Origin: Trichomonas gallinae
Taxonomy: Eukaryota
Assembly (NCBI GenBank): GCA_008369845.1
Contig: MRSU01001415.1
Coordinates: 1-64,000, forward strand
Length of the DNA stretch: 64,000 bases
Reading direction: 5' to 3'
Made by a program: the position numbers and the translations under genes. Under the pieces are notes generated by a model. That model saw nothing but the letters and a program-made list of their open reading frames with translations, did not search any database and was not told where the DNA came from. Below are positions 31,211 to 42,270 of this stretch, piece by piece (within the stretch, counting starts at the first letter, position 1; each line of letters opens with the position of its first letter).

Positions 31211-31500
31211 ATATATTGGACTTTAGTCCGATTGTCTCCAGTAGCCGGCTAACCCCCTCGAATTTCGGCAATCGGCCAAAATGGCTAAGGCCCAAAAAGC
31301 GAATAACGATAGCTGTCCAATATTCATAGTTCAATTAAGGAAATGACTTAGGTCAGTATTCCAAATGCCGAGACAATTCTGAACACGGGGCGGTTAGCGG
31401 GTTTGAAATCACTTGGAATAACGGCAGGTTATTACGAATTCCATAATAGGGGAGAGAAGGGGGAAGACCCTGCAATTTCAATTTGGAATTTGGAATACGG
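31211..31500. ncRNA. Candidate structured non-coding RNA or element, family unassigned
   Basis: About 44% GC (127/290, counted by hand) inside very AT-rich intergenic DNA, with no ORF of 60 aa or more and multiple 5-11 bp complementary segment pairs (see findings). Confidence 0.45.
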
Positions 31501-32028
31501 AATTTCTAAAACACGAATAGTTTCATATTCAAATCGTTATCATTGTAATGAACAATTATATCAAATGCATCTCTAAAATGCTTTAAACAGAATATCAAAA
31601 TAAATCAGATAATATTAAATTTTGAAACGACTGATGTATCAAGCAAAGGAATTCATTTTAAAATATTCAAGAAGCTTCATGATTCGCTCATGTTCATATC
31701 ATTGATTAACTGGAGTATTATCTGATAAATGAAGTTTGGGATCATCCATTTCCAACATGGAATTATTTTTTGGAAAAAAAATTACAAAAATATACATGTC
31801 AAAAATTATTCACTTTGATATTTTTTCATTTTTTGAGAATATTTTTATAACAAATACGAATAAAAAGCGAATAAAACAATAAAATTGCAATTTGATGATA
31901 TTTTGGAAATTCAATCGCATTCTAAGCAGTGTCAAAACTATATGGGTAAGATTAACACATCAGAGTTTACAATAAAAAGAAAGAAATTATAATACACAAT
32001 TAAATTAGATGCGGGAAAATAAAATTGG

Positions 32029-33603
32029 TTAAATCTTTGTCTTGCTAAGCTTGATGATGAGCTCACGGACTGCCTCGTAGCGGCGCTTCTCCTCCGACAA
32101 AGAACGAGATGCCTTGAGTGAGTCAGTGAGGATTGCCCTTGTCTTCTCCTTGAGGTTCGTAACCATCATCATCCTCTTCGCGTGCGGGAAGTAGGCAACC
32201 TTTACCTTATCATCGAAGTTGACTTGAACGTCTCTCTGGTCCATTCTGAACAATGTTGCGTTGTCGGACCTGAGCCAGTATTTGACGTGGCTTAATGGAG
32301 TATTCCTGTCGTAGTGAGTATCAGGAAGCGTGTACATTGAAGAGAGCTTCTTAAGAAGCTTCGCGAATTTCTTGATAGTCGCAATCATCGGCTCAACGGA
32401 GAATTCTGGGTCAATTACATCTGGCTCTGTGACGTAGTAGTCTTTGTAATGCTGAATGAACGTCTCGTGCGGGTCCATGATCCAACGCTCATTTTCCTTA
32501 GTGATCATTCCGACTGTTCCGTCGGCGAGCAAGTAGCTTAAGCCTGTGCGCTTCGAGTCATCGCAGAATCTTGAAACGAAATACTTCGGAATTGTTGTTT
32601 CTTCGCCGACGCGAACTGGGCCATCGACTGCGTCAACAATTGGATTCTCCATGACATTGTCGTCCTTCTTGGGAATATCAACGAGAGGAGCTGGCTTCTC
32701 GATGATTGGTTTTGGTGCAATTGGATGAGAAAGCTTTGTTGGCGGAATGATTGCGTGGAACTGGCCGCCTGTGATGAATGGATGGCAAAGGAGCTGCTGA
32801 ACACTTGGTCTGAGGTTTGGATTGATCTGGAGTGTTGATTTGATGAATTCTGTAGCGGCTTTAGATACTTTTGGTTCGAGTGGGAATGTGTAGTTACCAT
32901 TCTTAATATGTTCGTAGAGTAATTTTGTCTTGATGCAGTCAAACGGCTGTTTTCCGAATAACATAACGTAAACTGAAACGCCAATGGCCCAAACATCCAC
33001 TTCATATGAGTGTCCCTTTGAGCGGAGAATCTCTGGGCACAAGTAGTTAGGTGTTCCACAGACTGTGAACTTCTTTTCATCATCATAATCGAGTTTAGCA
33101 CTTAAACCGAAGTCTGCGACCTTGATCTTGCCGTCCTGGCCTACGAGGTAGTTCTCGAGCTTGAGATCTCTGTGAATGATTCTGTTATCATGGAGATAGC
33201 TAACGCCATTCAAAATGTCCTTTGTAATCTCGACAACTTTCTTTTCTGGGAGCTTCCTCACACCTCTTACGAGGTCACGAACTGATTTGCCTGGGCAGTA
33301 CTCAAGAAGGATGTAGTGGTAGCGTGAATCTTCATAGTGACCGAAAGATCTCAAAACGTTTGGATGATTTAGTGAGGCTTGGATGGAAATCTCACCCTTG
33401 AGCTTCTCAATACTCTTTGGCTTTGTGTATTTGCACTTGTTAATGACTTTAATTGCGAAATCTTCGCCAGATTCACTCTCTTGAACGTGATAGACTGCGG
33501 CAAAACCTCCACGACCGAGCTCCTCGCGACGCTTGTAGCTTGTTACTTTACCATTTGGGCCTGGAAAGTAGAATGTGAGAGGTACAGCGCTGTAACTTTG
33601 CAT
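32029..33603 (-). CDS. PLK: Polo-like Ser/Thr kinase
   Basis: Kinase motifs LGRGGFA, AIK, HRDLKLEN, DFGLS, TVCGTPNY. Two polo-box-like segments: FVSRFCDDS..GLSYLLADGTVG and VKYWLRSDNATLFRM...VQVNF. Confidence 0.9.
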   Translation of the reverse strand: MQSYSAVPLTFYFPGPNGKVTSYKRREELGRGGFAAVYHVQESESGEDFAIKVINKCKYTKPKSIEKLKGEISIQASLNHPNVLRSFGHYEDSRYHYILLEYCPGKSVRDLVRGVRKLPEKKVVEITKDILNGVSYLHDNRIIHRDLKLENYLVGQDGKIKVADFGLSAKLDYDDEKKFTVCGTPNYLCPEILRSKGHSYEVDVWAIGVSVYVMLFGKQPFDCIKTKLLYEHIKNGNYTFPLEPKVSKAATEFIKSTLQINPNLRPSVQQLLCHPFITGGQFHAIIPPTKLSHPIAPKPIIEKPAPLVDIPKKDDNVMENPIVDAVDGPVRVGEETTIPKYFVSRFCDDSKRTGLSYLLADGTVGMITKENERWIMDPHETFIQHYKDYYVTEPDVIDPEFSVEPMIATIKKFAKLLKKLSSMYTLPDTHYDRNTPLSHVKYWLRSDNATLFRMDQRDVQVNFDDKVKVAYFPHAKRMMMVTNLKEKTRAILTDSLKASRSLSEEKRRYEAVRELIIKLSKTKI

Positions 33604-34430
33604 TCTTGTGTTTTGTTAAACGTACATTAATCGAAAAGTGCCAATTTATTGTTTTTTTCTTACTAAAATCTCAACGCATAGCTTGTTTTACTACTGCTAC
33701 GTGTTACTTAACACATAGTTAATTATATTTTATAGTTTTTTCTTTAAAATTCTATGTTTTTTCTATTGTCTAAATTTGATCTCATTACTAAAGTTATTAT
33801 AGTTGAATTTTATACTGCCATACATCTATATAAGCGTATATTATTGAGATTATTCATATTACACATTAAAGATCTGAAATCATATTCAAAATGTTAAAAT
33901 AAACCATGATGAATATAATACCACAACCCAACACACCAAATTAGATATTTGTAGTGAAGCTATAATGCTATATGATGAGTCTTTATCAATTGAAAATATT
34001 AAAGCAAAATCTTACTGTGTCTAGAGCAAAACATTTTGAATATAGATTATGAACACTATATTGTAATTATTTATAGAGTTTAAGCTAATTCTCTGTGTTA
34101 TTTCGATGTTTGATATTTGAAAATTAGTTTATGCTATATATTGGATATCAAAAAGAAATATTTTGATAGTGCGTTGATTGCTGCAAATTACCTTCATATG
34201 ATGATCATCTTTTAATGAAAAAATTTGCATTTTTATATATATTAATTCAAAATGCAATTAACTGCATTGTTATGGTATATATTATATCCAAATATATCAA
34301 ATATTGATTGAATTTAGAATTTACCGATAATTTTATAATTTAATAAACCATTATAATTAAACCGGTTATTTGTAAGATTTTACAATAATAGAAGACAGAG
34401 TTAAGATTTTCGCAATGAAAAATTTTGAAA

Positions 34431-35033
34431 TTAATAATCAAAGATACATTGTGTGATGCATGTTGGAAGTGTCACCAAAAATAACGACAGGACACCAAAT
34501 GCGATAGCCACGAAGTTGAACTTCTGGATAGTACTCAAACATTCAGTTAATTGACCCTTAAATACATCATCGCAGCATGCTAGGCAGGAATCATTGAGCA
34601 TTCGAAGGCCATTGCAACCATTATTTGACTGGTATCTTTGGTATGTAAATTCGATTCTCCAATTTGCAGCTGTAACCTCCATAGAACGATCAATATACTC
34701 TTGAGATGTTAATGGCAGGATCCTCACGAAAAGAATTAATGACATCAATTCGACAATAACGTTTGCTGTGTATCCGAAAATGCCCATACCTCTGCACATT
34801 GTAACAAAGTCGAAAACTATGACCAGGTATGTTGTCATGAATGCTCCAACTCCGTATTTGAGAATAGGTGTGAGAGTTCTGTTGCCAAATGTGTCATCAT
34901 CGGATTTCGCTAAAATATTTATAGCAAGAATGAAAATAACAACGTCAGCAATAAGCTTGAAGAGGAAGGCTGGGTTGTAATAGCAGCCGCAATTCTTCTT
35001 GAGAACAACATTAACTCTCGATATTTTCGGCAT
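34431..35033 (-). CDS. Four-TM tetraspanin-like membrane protein
   Basis: Three N-terminal hydrophobic helices, a Cys-containing large loop (YQSNNGCNG...CLACC...C), and a fourth helix at the C-terminus. Confidence 0.5.
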   Translation of the reverse strand: MPKISRVNVVLKKNCGCYYNPAFLFKLIADVVIFILAINILAKSDDDTFGNRTLTPILKYGVGAFMTTYLVIVFDFVTMCRGMGIFGYTANVIVELMSLILFVRILPLTSQEYIDRSMEVTAANWRIEFTYQRYQSNNGCNGLRMLNDSCLACCDDVFKGQLTECLSTIQKFNFVAIAFGVLSLFLVTLPTCITQCIFDY

Positions 35034-36723
35034 TTCTTTTTTTGATAATTTTTTGCAACGTCAGAAAATCTATCAAATTTGAAAGTTTCGGTATTTAAAT
35101 AGTATACCCCGAGTAGAATGAAATAAATGATTTTTATTGGAAAATTGCTTTTTTGTCACTTTATTTGTCAAATATATTTATTTAAATGGTTTATGTGTCA
35201 AATAATTAAAATTTATTAATTGTTTATATTTATGTAAATTGTCTATGTGTAAAATGATATTGTCTGATGGCTTTGATTAGAATTTGTCCTTACTACCTCC
35301 TGAATATGTGATTAATAAATAAATAAATAAAAATAGTTTATTATTAAATTCGATTTGAAAATAACATCTTTGCTGATTGAAAACCATTCAAACTAGCGAT
35401 TATATCAGTCATATATTTTGAAACTGGAAGCATTATCTCATATTCGATTACCTAATCAGAACATTGTTATTTCGTGACACTACTGAATCGTATATAGCAA
35501 CTCACATTCGTTTTATGTATGTGATAGCTCCCCAATAAGCATAATAAAACAGATTCAACTACATAATTTAGATACAATATTGCAATCATACAAATATCGA
35601 TGCGGTTTTTGAGAATAGTAACTGGAAACATGCGTATATGTTATTTTTTGATGAGCAACGTTGGACAACAAGGAGAATAAAATTTCGGACAATACCAACG
35701 TTGGCTGATATAACTTTACATGTCAAATTGTCGATTTCTCCATAAAATATAATTTCAAAATAGTAGTTATCGCTCACAAAAATCATATTCTCTATGATGG
35801 TAATTATGCTGTTTTTTAACGAAAAATTTGCAATCCGCTACATTATTTATCCGCCTTGATTTTAATTATGATATCTTGGAAAAAAGAGCGTAGAGATGTT
35901 TCAGGAGAGTTTTAAACACATATAATAGCTTCTTATTGGGTAGTAGTATCTTCCTATTGAACATTCATAAATCATTTGTGATTATTTTCGATTGTTGTCA
36001 AATAAAAGTCAAATTGACAATGAAAAGTTGATATAATGAATCGTTATGATTAGTTTGGTATTTCACATTCATAAATTTTGGTATTTTGTTAAGGTCGCTG
36101 AGATAATGATGAATATATGCTGTAAATGCGATATATTGTCTGATTAACTAACTTTGAGCCCCTGGAAAAAGATTTACAAAAATTCAAAATTTTGTATTCG
36201 TCTAAATTTTCTTAAAAGTTAGTAAAATGAGAGTTTTAGAATAAGTAAATAAATAATATTTGTTAAATTTCCAAATTTTTTTGTTTTTTATGCATCACGA
36301 GATTTTATTCAATTTTTTTCTGAGCAAAATATTTAAAAATCATTAATTCCGTGATATTTATAATATGTATAATATAAGCATTCTAAATAATGAATAAAAT
36401 TTGAAATTTACACTAATTTTTAAATATCCCATCTCTCCATGTATATAATATATCTAAAATTTAAATCTCCTCACAATTATCAACTAAAAATTTCCTTAAA
36501 ATTAATCGAAAATTAAGGAATAAATACTATCTTTATAGTTCGAGAAGTGTATATCTGACAAAATCGGACATTTTTTTGGAATTTTTGATATAATAATGAC
36601 AAATAGATATAGAATATGAAATCTAAATTGGATAATCTTTTCTGATACTTGTTTTTTATCGGCATTATCAAAAATTTGATAAAACTAATAGAATATTTTC
36701 ACGAAAATCTATTGAAAATCGAA

Positions 36724-36737
36724 AACGGTTTTTCACA
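36724..36737 (+). promoter_or_regulatory. Myb-like M3 element AACGGTT plus Inr TCACA
   Basis: AACGGTTT at 36724 and TCACA at 36733-36737, about 23 nt before ATG 36761. Confidence 0.5.
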
Positions 36738-36760
36738 TTTATGATTATTTTTATTTATAA

Positions 36761-37384
36761 ATGATTTCTTACCCAGCGACAACAACAGAACAGATTCCGA
36801 ACATAGTTTCTACATGCTCGCAGACTATGATCAATAATATTTTATCATCAAAGCCTATAGTTGCCATAGACTTGGACGAAACTTTAATATATTCTTATGA
36901 TTTACGTCCGAATAGAGAGCATATTTGCGTTAAAGTCGGACGCTGCAGAGTATATATAGTATTTCGACCAGGTGTAATCGAATTTCTTCAAAAAATCAAC
37001 GAATTTTATGAACTATTTATTTTTACAGCTGCAGACAAAGTTTACGGAGATAAAGTTATAGATGCTATAGCTCCATACATTGATAGCCAGCATAGACTTT
37101 TTAGAGATTCGTGTATCAGCGCCCATGGTTATCAAATCAAAGATTTACGCAAATTAGAACGCCCACTTAATCGTGTTCTTCTAGTTGACGACATGTGTGC
37201 ATCTGCATATTACCAGCAATCCAATCTTGTTAGAATCGCTCCATGGTCCGGGGATCCAAACGACACAGTTCTTCTTCACCAACTTCTCCCTGCTTTAACA
37301 AGAATTTCCCAAGAGTTTGATTTACCTACAACTGCAATGCAGTTACTTTCCACAAAGGTTTTTCCATCGTTATTCACGTTTTAG
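36761..37384 (+). CDS. FCP1/SCP (NIF) family HAD phosphatase
   Basis: IDLDETLI (DxDxT/V), RPGVIEFL, FTAADKVY, RLFRDSC, IKDLRKLERPLNRVLLVDD. Confidence 0.92.
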   Translation: MISYPATTTEQIPNIVSTCSQTMINNILSSKPIVAIDLDETLIYSYDLRPNREHICVKVGRCRVYIVFRPGVIEFLQKINEFYELFIFTAADKVYGDKVIDAIAPYIDSQHRLFRDSCISAHGYQIKDLRKLERPLNRVLLVDDMCASAYYQQSNLVRIAPWSGDPNDTVLLHQLLPALTRISQEFDLPTTAMQLLSTKVFPSLFTF

Positions 37385-38515
37385 ATATATCAGTGGCTCT
37401 TAATTATGAATTTATTATCTGTATATTAGAATGTAAATATTGTTTATCTTCTTTTGCTTTAAATTGAAGATATAATATTTAACCATCAAAACCAAAAACG
37501 AATTCAACGACAAACAAACACCATGATACGAAAAGGAAATCGATTTCCTTGTTGACTAATCAAATTAACGAATTATTTCTATTTGCAAAAATTTGTTTAA
37601 CGGTGAAATTGACCTGTATTGATTGAACTCTAGTTATTACAGAGATGCAAAACACATTGATGACGCTTTCAAGAATTGGCGGGATCCGAAAATATTTTTC
37701 AAATTTTGGCGAATCAAAAACATATATGTTTAGATTTGGAAATTTAATATAGGGGCCAAGAATTGCGGAGATTTTTATTAATTTTGTATTTATTCATATT
37801 TGAAGTTATTGACAATTTTTGATTCTGCAATTAAACGAAAAGGACATTCGTTCCTGTATCCCACTGTTGTATGTATTAGTTCTTACATAAATAAATATGT
37901 ATTGTCCATTCCAAAAATTACGAGAAATTAATTTTTTGATCGATTTCACTTTTAATGTATTAAAATCTCAATACTTGAGTGTTTAGATGAATAATTGCAG
38001 AGAATAAATACGAAAAATATCAAATATGTTGATGAAGTCAAGGCAAAGTGTAAATGAAGGTCTTTTAAACTGCAATCTTTATTATATACAACTATAGGGA
38101 ACAAATATCATCGAAACAGCTACAAATATCAAAACTCAAAATTTGATTAAAAATATTTTCTATAACAACCAAGCACTTTTCTACGCACTCTAATTTAGTA
38201 TTCGGCTTTCATGGTGTTCTAAAATGTTTTCTTGGACTTAATGTTATAAATTCTTTTGTAACAAGCTCAAAATTGAGAAATCACAATACAAAACTGTATT
38301 ATTATCTTTGTCTTTTGCGTTGACATCAATTCCAAATGTTGTAAGAAGAAGTTTGAAATCATCTTAATGAATTTTAAATGAAGCTTAGATCAAAGCTGTA
38401 TCATTGAAAATGGGTTTTGAGTTGGCATCCATTCCAGAAATTAGCATCGCTAAATAGATTAGCTGTATATCTTGTTCTAAGATGTGATTTCAAAATATTT
38501 ATGGAGATTTTTATT

Positions 38516-41500
38516 TTAGAGACAAATAACTTCTCTTGCCATGAGCCTCATGCCGCGGCTAGTCTTAAGTTTTCCATCGAGCTTTGTTCCGCATGCGAGT
38601 GGCTCATCGCAAATTACACAAACAGTTCCATTCTCTTCATCCATGGAAACGACAGATGCGCAAGTACCGAACGGTACAGATCCACCTGGAGCTACGCAGA
38701 CGACTCTTGATCCGAGCATCAGATGCTTGTCGTTCATCTGTGGTCTTGCGCCGCTCTGCCTGAGAATAGATGTCAAAGGAACATGATCAAGTTTAGCAAC
38801 ATTTGTCCAAAGCTTGAACTTCATGAGTTCCTCTTCAATCTTTGTGACGCCTCTTGATGTGAGTCCGACTGTTGTGGATGGTATAAGTGGAGCCTTAGCA
38901 GCAGGAGCGTTCTGAGAGAGCCACTGGATGAACTGCTCTTTCTTAAATTCTGTGTCTGATGGGAAGACATCTGTCCAGGAGAAGTTCATTCTGTTATCAC
39001 GTTTTTCACTGATTGCCTGCATAACCAAGTCCTTCAGCTTGCCGCATTTCTGGAAGTATGTTGGGATGAGGGTGCCAGCATCTGATGTGATGTATATATC
39101 GCTTCTGCCTCTTGAGTCATCGAAAACTGTCTTTGCATATCCATCGACAACTTGGCGGCGGTTTGGAGTGAACAACTGCAAAGCGACATTCTGGCCTTCG
39201 ACATTGATTTCTGACAAGAAGTGCTGCAATCCTTTGAACGAGATATTGTTCACCCTGAGGTACGAGTTAATTGGATTCCACTCTCTGTTATCATCATTGA
39301 CCAACTTGTGGAATTGTGGGTGGCTCCTTTCAATAACATCGACATCAACACTTTCCTCGTGGACAGCTGTAATTGTTGCCTTGCAGCCCTGACCTTGTCC
39401 GCGAACAAGAACGACCTGCTCGCCGACGTTGAGTTTCTCGCTGGCTGGAGGCTCGTATCTGAGGCCGACGTTTTCTGTGTCAATCGGAAGCATTGTTGCT
39501 GTTGGGAACAACTCTGTCTTTGTGTCAAAATCGAGAACGGAGCCGTCGTTTGTGCAGTAGACAAGTGGTTTGACGACTAAGAAGCAAGTGACAGTGATTT
39601 CAAGAGCGCGAGTCCTAAGCAAGAATTCCTGGCGGTTTTCTGCTGGGAAGTCGATATTCGATGGACGTGGCTTTAAGACGCCTTTCTCGTCGAAGTATTC
39701 ATTCTCGTCGATGGCGCCGATGACCAAGGCTGGTCTGAGGTATGGGTAGCCCATGAGGATCTGCTTGTTGAGGAATGGCAGGCAGTCCTTTGCCTTGAGT
39801 TCGACCTTCGGTTGAACTTTGATGACAAGCGATGGATGGCGTGTTGGGAATTCGAAGATTTTGACAGGAACAACGCGTGTCTCGACCGTGTAGCTCAAAA
39901 CGTTAAGTGTTGGTGTGCAGTCTGGAACGATTTCTGTCATGTTGACTGACTCGAATGGCTCGCCTGATGTTACCTGGAATGTCTTTGGCTCAAGGCCGAT
40001 GAATTCGACTGGATCATCAAGTCTGTTCCTTCTAGCGTCGTCTGGTTCGATGTCTGCGCATGCGCTGTCGTAGGCGGCCTGGATCCTGTTGTAATCGAGG
40101 ACTGGGAGGACGACGACTGCGTGGAATTCAGCCTTTTTGCCGTTCAAGTCTGTTTCGAACTTTTCTGGGTAAAATTCAGCGATTGGTGATGGTGCTTTCA
40201 TTAAATTGGCCAAGCATTTCGGCATTAAATGGGCTGACTGTGGTGGGAAGATCGCGAGCTGTTGGACAAATGGAAGATTTGGATGTCCGAGTTCAAACTT
40301 CGGCTGATATGAATCAATGAAATCTAAAACAACTTCAAGAGGTGGAGCATAGAGGAATGGATAATGCCATGACCATGAAGGGCAGCCAGAATTGTAATAT
40401 CTGAGAACCCAGTAGAAAGCATCTAAAATGGAGTTGGACATGTCTCTGATGAGCCCTAAGTAGTCAGCAGCTGCACGCTCTGGATATTTGGATTCCAAAT
40501 ATCTTTTGTTTTCTTCTGAGAACTTTGCGTTAAGTTCTTCTTCTGGGATTTCGTTCTTAAGTCCAAATTTAGCTCTGCACATGTCAACAACCAATGTAAG
40601 GAAAAGTTTAAGATTTGGATAGTTATAATTTCCATTTTCGATGATGAATGAGTCTGTCATCTCACGGAATTTCCTGTACTCGTCAATAACATCGTTGAAA
40701 TCGCCTGTGCGGATTTCGATATCTGTAAATGAAGGAATAAAGTCGTTTCCGATAAGGAATGAGATTGCGATGAAGTCATCGATGATTCTTTCGACATTTG
40801 TTGGGTCTGCGTTGAAGTCAATGCGAAGATATTCACGAAGCAATGGGAAATGGATCAATTCGAATGCGTCGAATGAGTAGTTTGTAATTGCAGCCTTAGC
40901 CTCGAATGGAGCAAGTGTTTTCTGGAAGTTTGCAGCATCAGCTTCACGAAGAAGTAAAATATTATTTTCATGTGTTTGAAGACCGAGGAAAATAAGGTCA
41001 GCATCTGTTGAGTAAAGGCAGTGGACAAGATCTGGATCCCAATCAGAGATTGATCTGCCTTCTCTGATGAAATCGAGAATCTTATGTTCACCTTCTCCAG
41101 GAACAAAAGAAGAGCTGTAGATGACTCTTGGTGCGGACCATGCACGGTCGTTTGCTCTGCGCTCTTTGATGAATTCCATTAAAGCTTCGTGTAAATGTTC
41201 CATGAAAATGGTACCTGGAGAAATCTGTGTGCGATCAAAACTGTTCATCGAGTGGTCTCTTGCTGCGAGGAATCTGCGGCTTCTTTGCTGAGAAGCTTTT
41301 GCGTTTGGTGCTGGACCATCAACAGCGATGAAGATTAAGTCTGTTGGATGACAGATTTGGACGAGCATGTCTGTGTATCTGAAAATTTCGGCCTTTAGAG
41401 CAGGCGTAAGTTCCTCATTTCCAGTCCCTGTCACGGCCAATGCTTTGTAGAAGATGCCGTTCATGTCAATGTAGAGACGGTCGATGATTGGACGGGATGG

Positions 41501-41569
41501 GTCAGCCATTTTGCGGCGAACCATTGGATAGCGCTGAACCATCCATCTGTAAAAGCCTGGAACACCCAT
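38516..41569 (-). CDS. XRN1: 5'-3' exoribonuclease, XRN1-like
   Basis: MGVPGFYRW, LYIDMNGI, AVDGPAP.AK..QQRSRRF, ISPGT.FM, PGEGEHKI, DADLIFLGL.THE, GNDFIP, WVLRYY..GCPSWSW.YP..YAP. The C-terminal VPFG...CGT.L.G..RG extension is typical of XRN1. Confidence 0.93.
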   Translation of the reverse strand: MGVPGFYRWMVQRYPMVRRKMADPSRPIIDRLYIDMNGIFYKALAVTGTGNEELTPALKAEIFRYTDMLVQICHPTDLIFIAVDGPAPNAKASQQRSRRFLAARDHSMNSFDRTQISPGTIFMEHLHEALMEFIKERRANDRAWSAPRVIYSSSFVPGEGEHKILDFIREGRSISDWDPDLVHCLYSTDADLIFLGLQTHENNILLLREADAANFQKTLAPFEAKAAITNYSFDAFELIHFPLLREYLRIDFNADPTNVERIIDDFIAISFLIGNDFIPSFTDIEIRTGDFNDVIDEYRKFREMTDSFIIENGNYNYPNLKLFLTLVVDMCRAKFGLKNEIPEEELNAKFSEENKRYLESKYPERAAADYLGLIRDMSNSILDAFYWVLRYYNSGCPSWSWHYPFLYAPPLEVVLDFIDSYQPKFELGHPNLPFVQQLAIFPPQSAHLMPKCLANLMKAPSPIAEFYPEKFETDLNGKKAEFHAVVVLPVLDYNRIQAAYDSACADIEPDDARRNRLDDPVEFIGLEPKTFQVTSGEPFESVNMTEIVPDCTPTLNVLSYTVETRVVPVKIFEFPTRHPSLVIKVQPKVELKAKDCLPFLNKQILMGYPYLRPALVIGAIDENEYFDEKGVLKPRPSNIDFPAENRQEFLLRTRALEITVTCFLVVKPLVYCTNDGSVLDFDTKTELFPTATMLPIDTENVGLRYEPPASEKLNVGEQVVLVRGQGQGCKATITAVHEESVDVDVIERSHPQFHKLVNDDNREWNPINSYLRVNNISFKGLQHFLSEINVEGQNVALQLFTPNRRQVVDGYAKTVFDDSRGRSDIYITSDAGTLIPTYFQKCGKLKDLVMQAISEKRDNRMNFSWTDVFPSDTEFKKEQFIQWLSQNAPAAKAPLIPSTTVGLTSRGVTKIEEELMKFKLWTNVAKLDHVPLTSILRQSGARPQMNDKHLMLGSRVVCVAPGGSVPFGTCASVVSMDEENGTVCVICDEPLACGTKLDGKLKTSRGMRLMAREVICL

Positions 41570-41572
41570 TTT

Positions 41573-41806
41573 TTGTCACGTTTAGAGGTGATGTGTTTTA
41601 CATGGCAAAAATAATGAACGTTGTCGTGTAAATTGCTTTTATTGTCAAAAATATCTAATTGTGTCATGTAAATTATAAGTATTGTCAAAAAAATATGGTA
41701 TCTGTCGTATAGACATCATGTGATGTCAAAATTAGCAAAATTTTTCACGTAAATTACATGACAAAAAAAAATTGAAATTTTTTCCGCTTCATATCATATT
41801 GACATG
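41573..41806. repeat. Decayed ~40-bp tandem array of TGTCR...TGTCAAAA units upstream of XRN1
   Basis: 41621-41660 and 41661-41700 share TGTCRTGTAAATT...ATTGTCAAAAA. A looser third copy starts at about 41702. Confidence 0.55.
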
Positions 41807-42270
41807 TAATATTTGGATAAATATTGCAAAAGATCTATAGAAGTTTACGTTTCATTTTCAAGTTTTCTTTCATCAAACAAGCAACAATGTTAAAGAGCGT
41901 CTACAAATGTATAGATGCATCCCAAACAACTATGCATCATATGTTTTGTAATATTGCATGCATACTCTTCGTTTTACACACCTAAATGTCATTCAAAACA
42001 AGAATTTTCTTTACAAAAGCTTATTTTCATTGTATACACACTGCATTTCATATATTTGTATTCTATATCAACTTTTTGTATTATTTTAATTGGAATAACT
42101 CAATAATAAAATGGAGATATTCGATAATATCATCCAAATCTGCAAGTTGCAGGCTGTATCCGTGGATGAAATGCTAAAAATGAGGTAAATAGTTTATTCA
42201 CAAGAGAAAAACTAGCTTTGATATATTCCAAATTTCGCAAAAATAAATTTGAGAGATTTACAAAATCTAA

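Noticed and set aside
31272..31292. TCGGCCAAAATGGCTAAGG resembles U2 stem I, a tRNA D-arm, or the HDV-ribozyme J4/2
   Set aside because: It is not followed by the U2 GTGTAGTA branch-pairing sequence, there are no acceptor, anticodon or T stems for a tRNA, and no P2 partner exists for an HDV fold. The island is left unassigned.
37450..38500. Possible decayed coding relics in long intergenic gaps (also about 9400-10700 and 35300-36200)
   Set aside because: They have slightly coding-like patches, but every frame I tried is interrupted and no family is recognisable without BLASTX.
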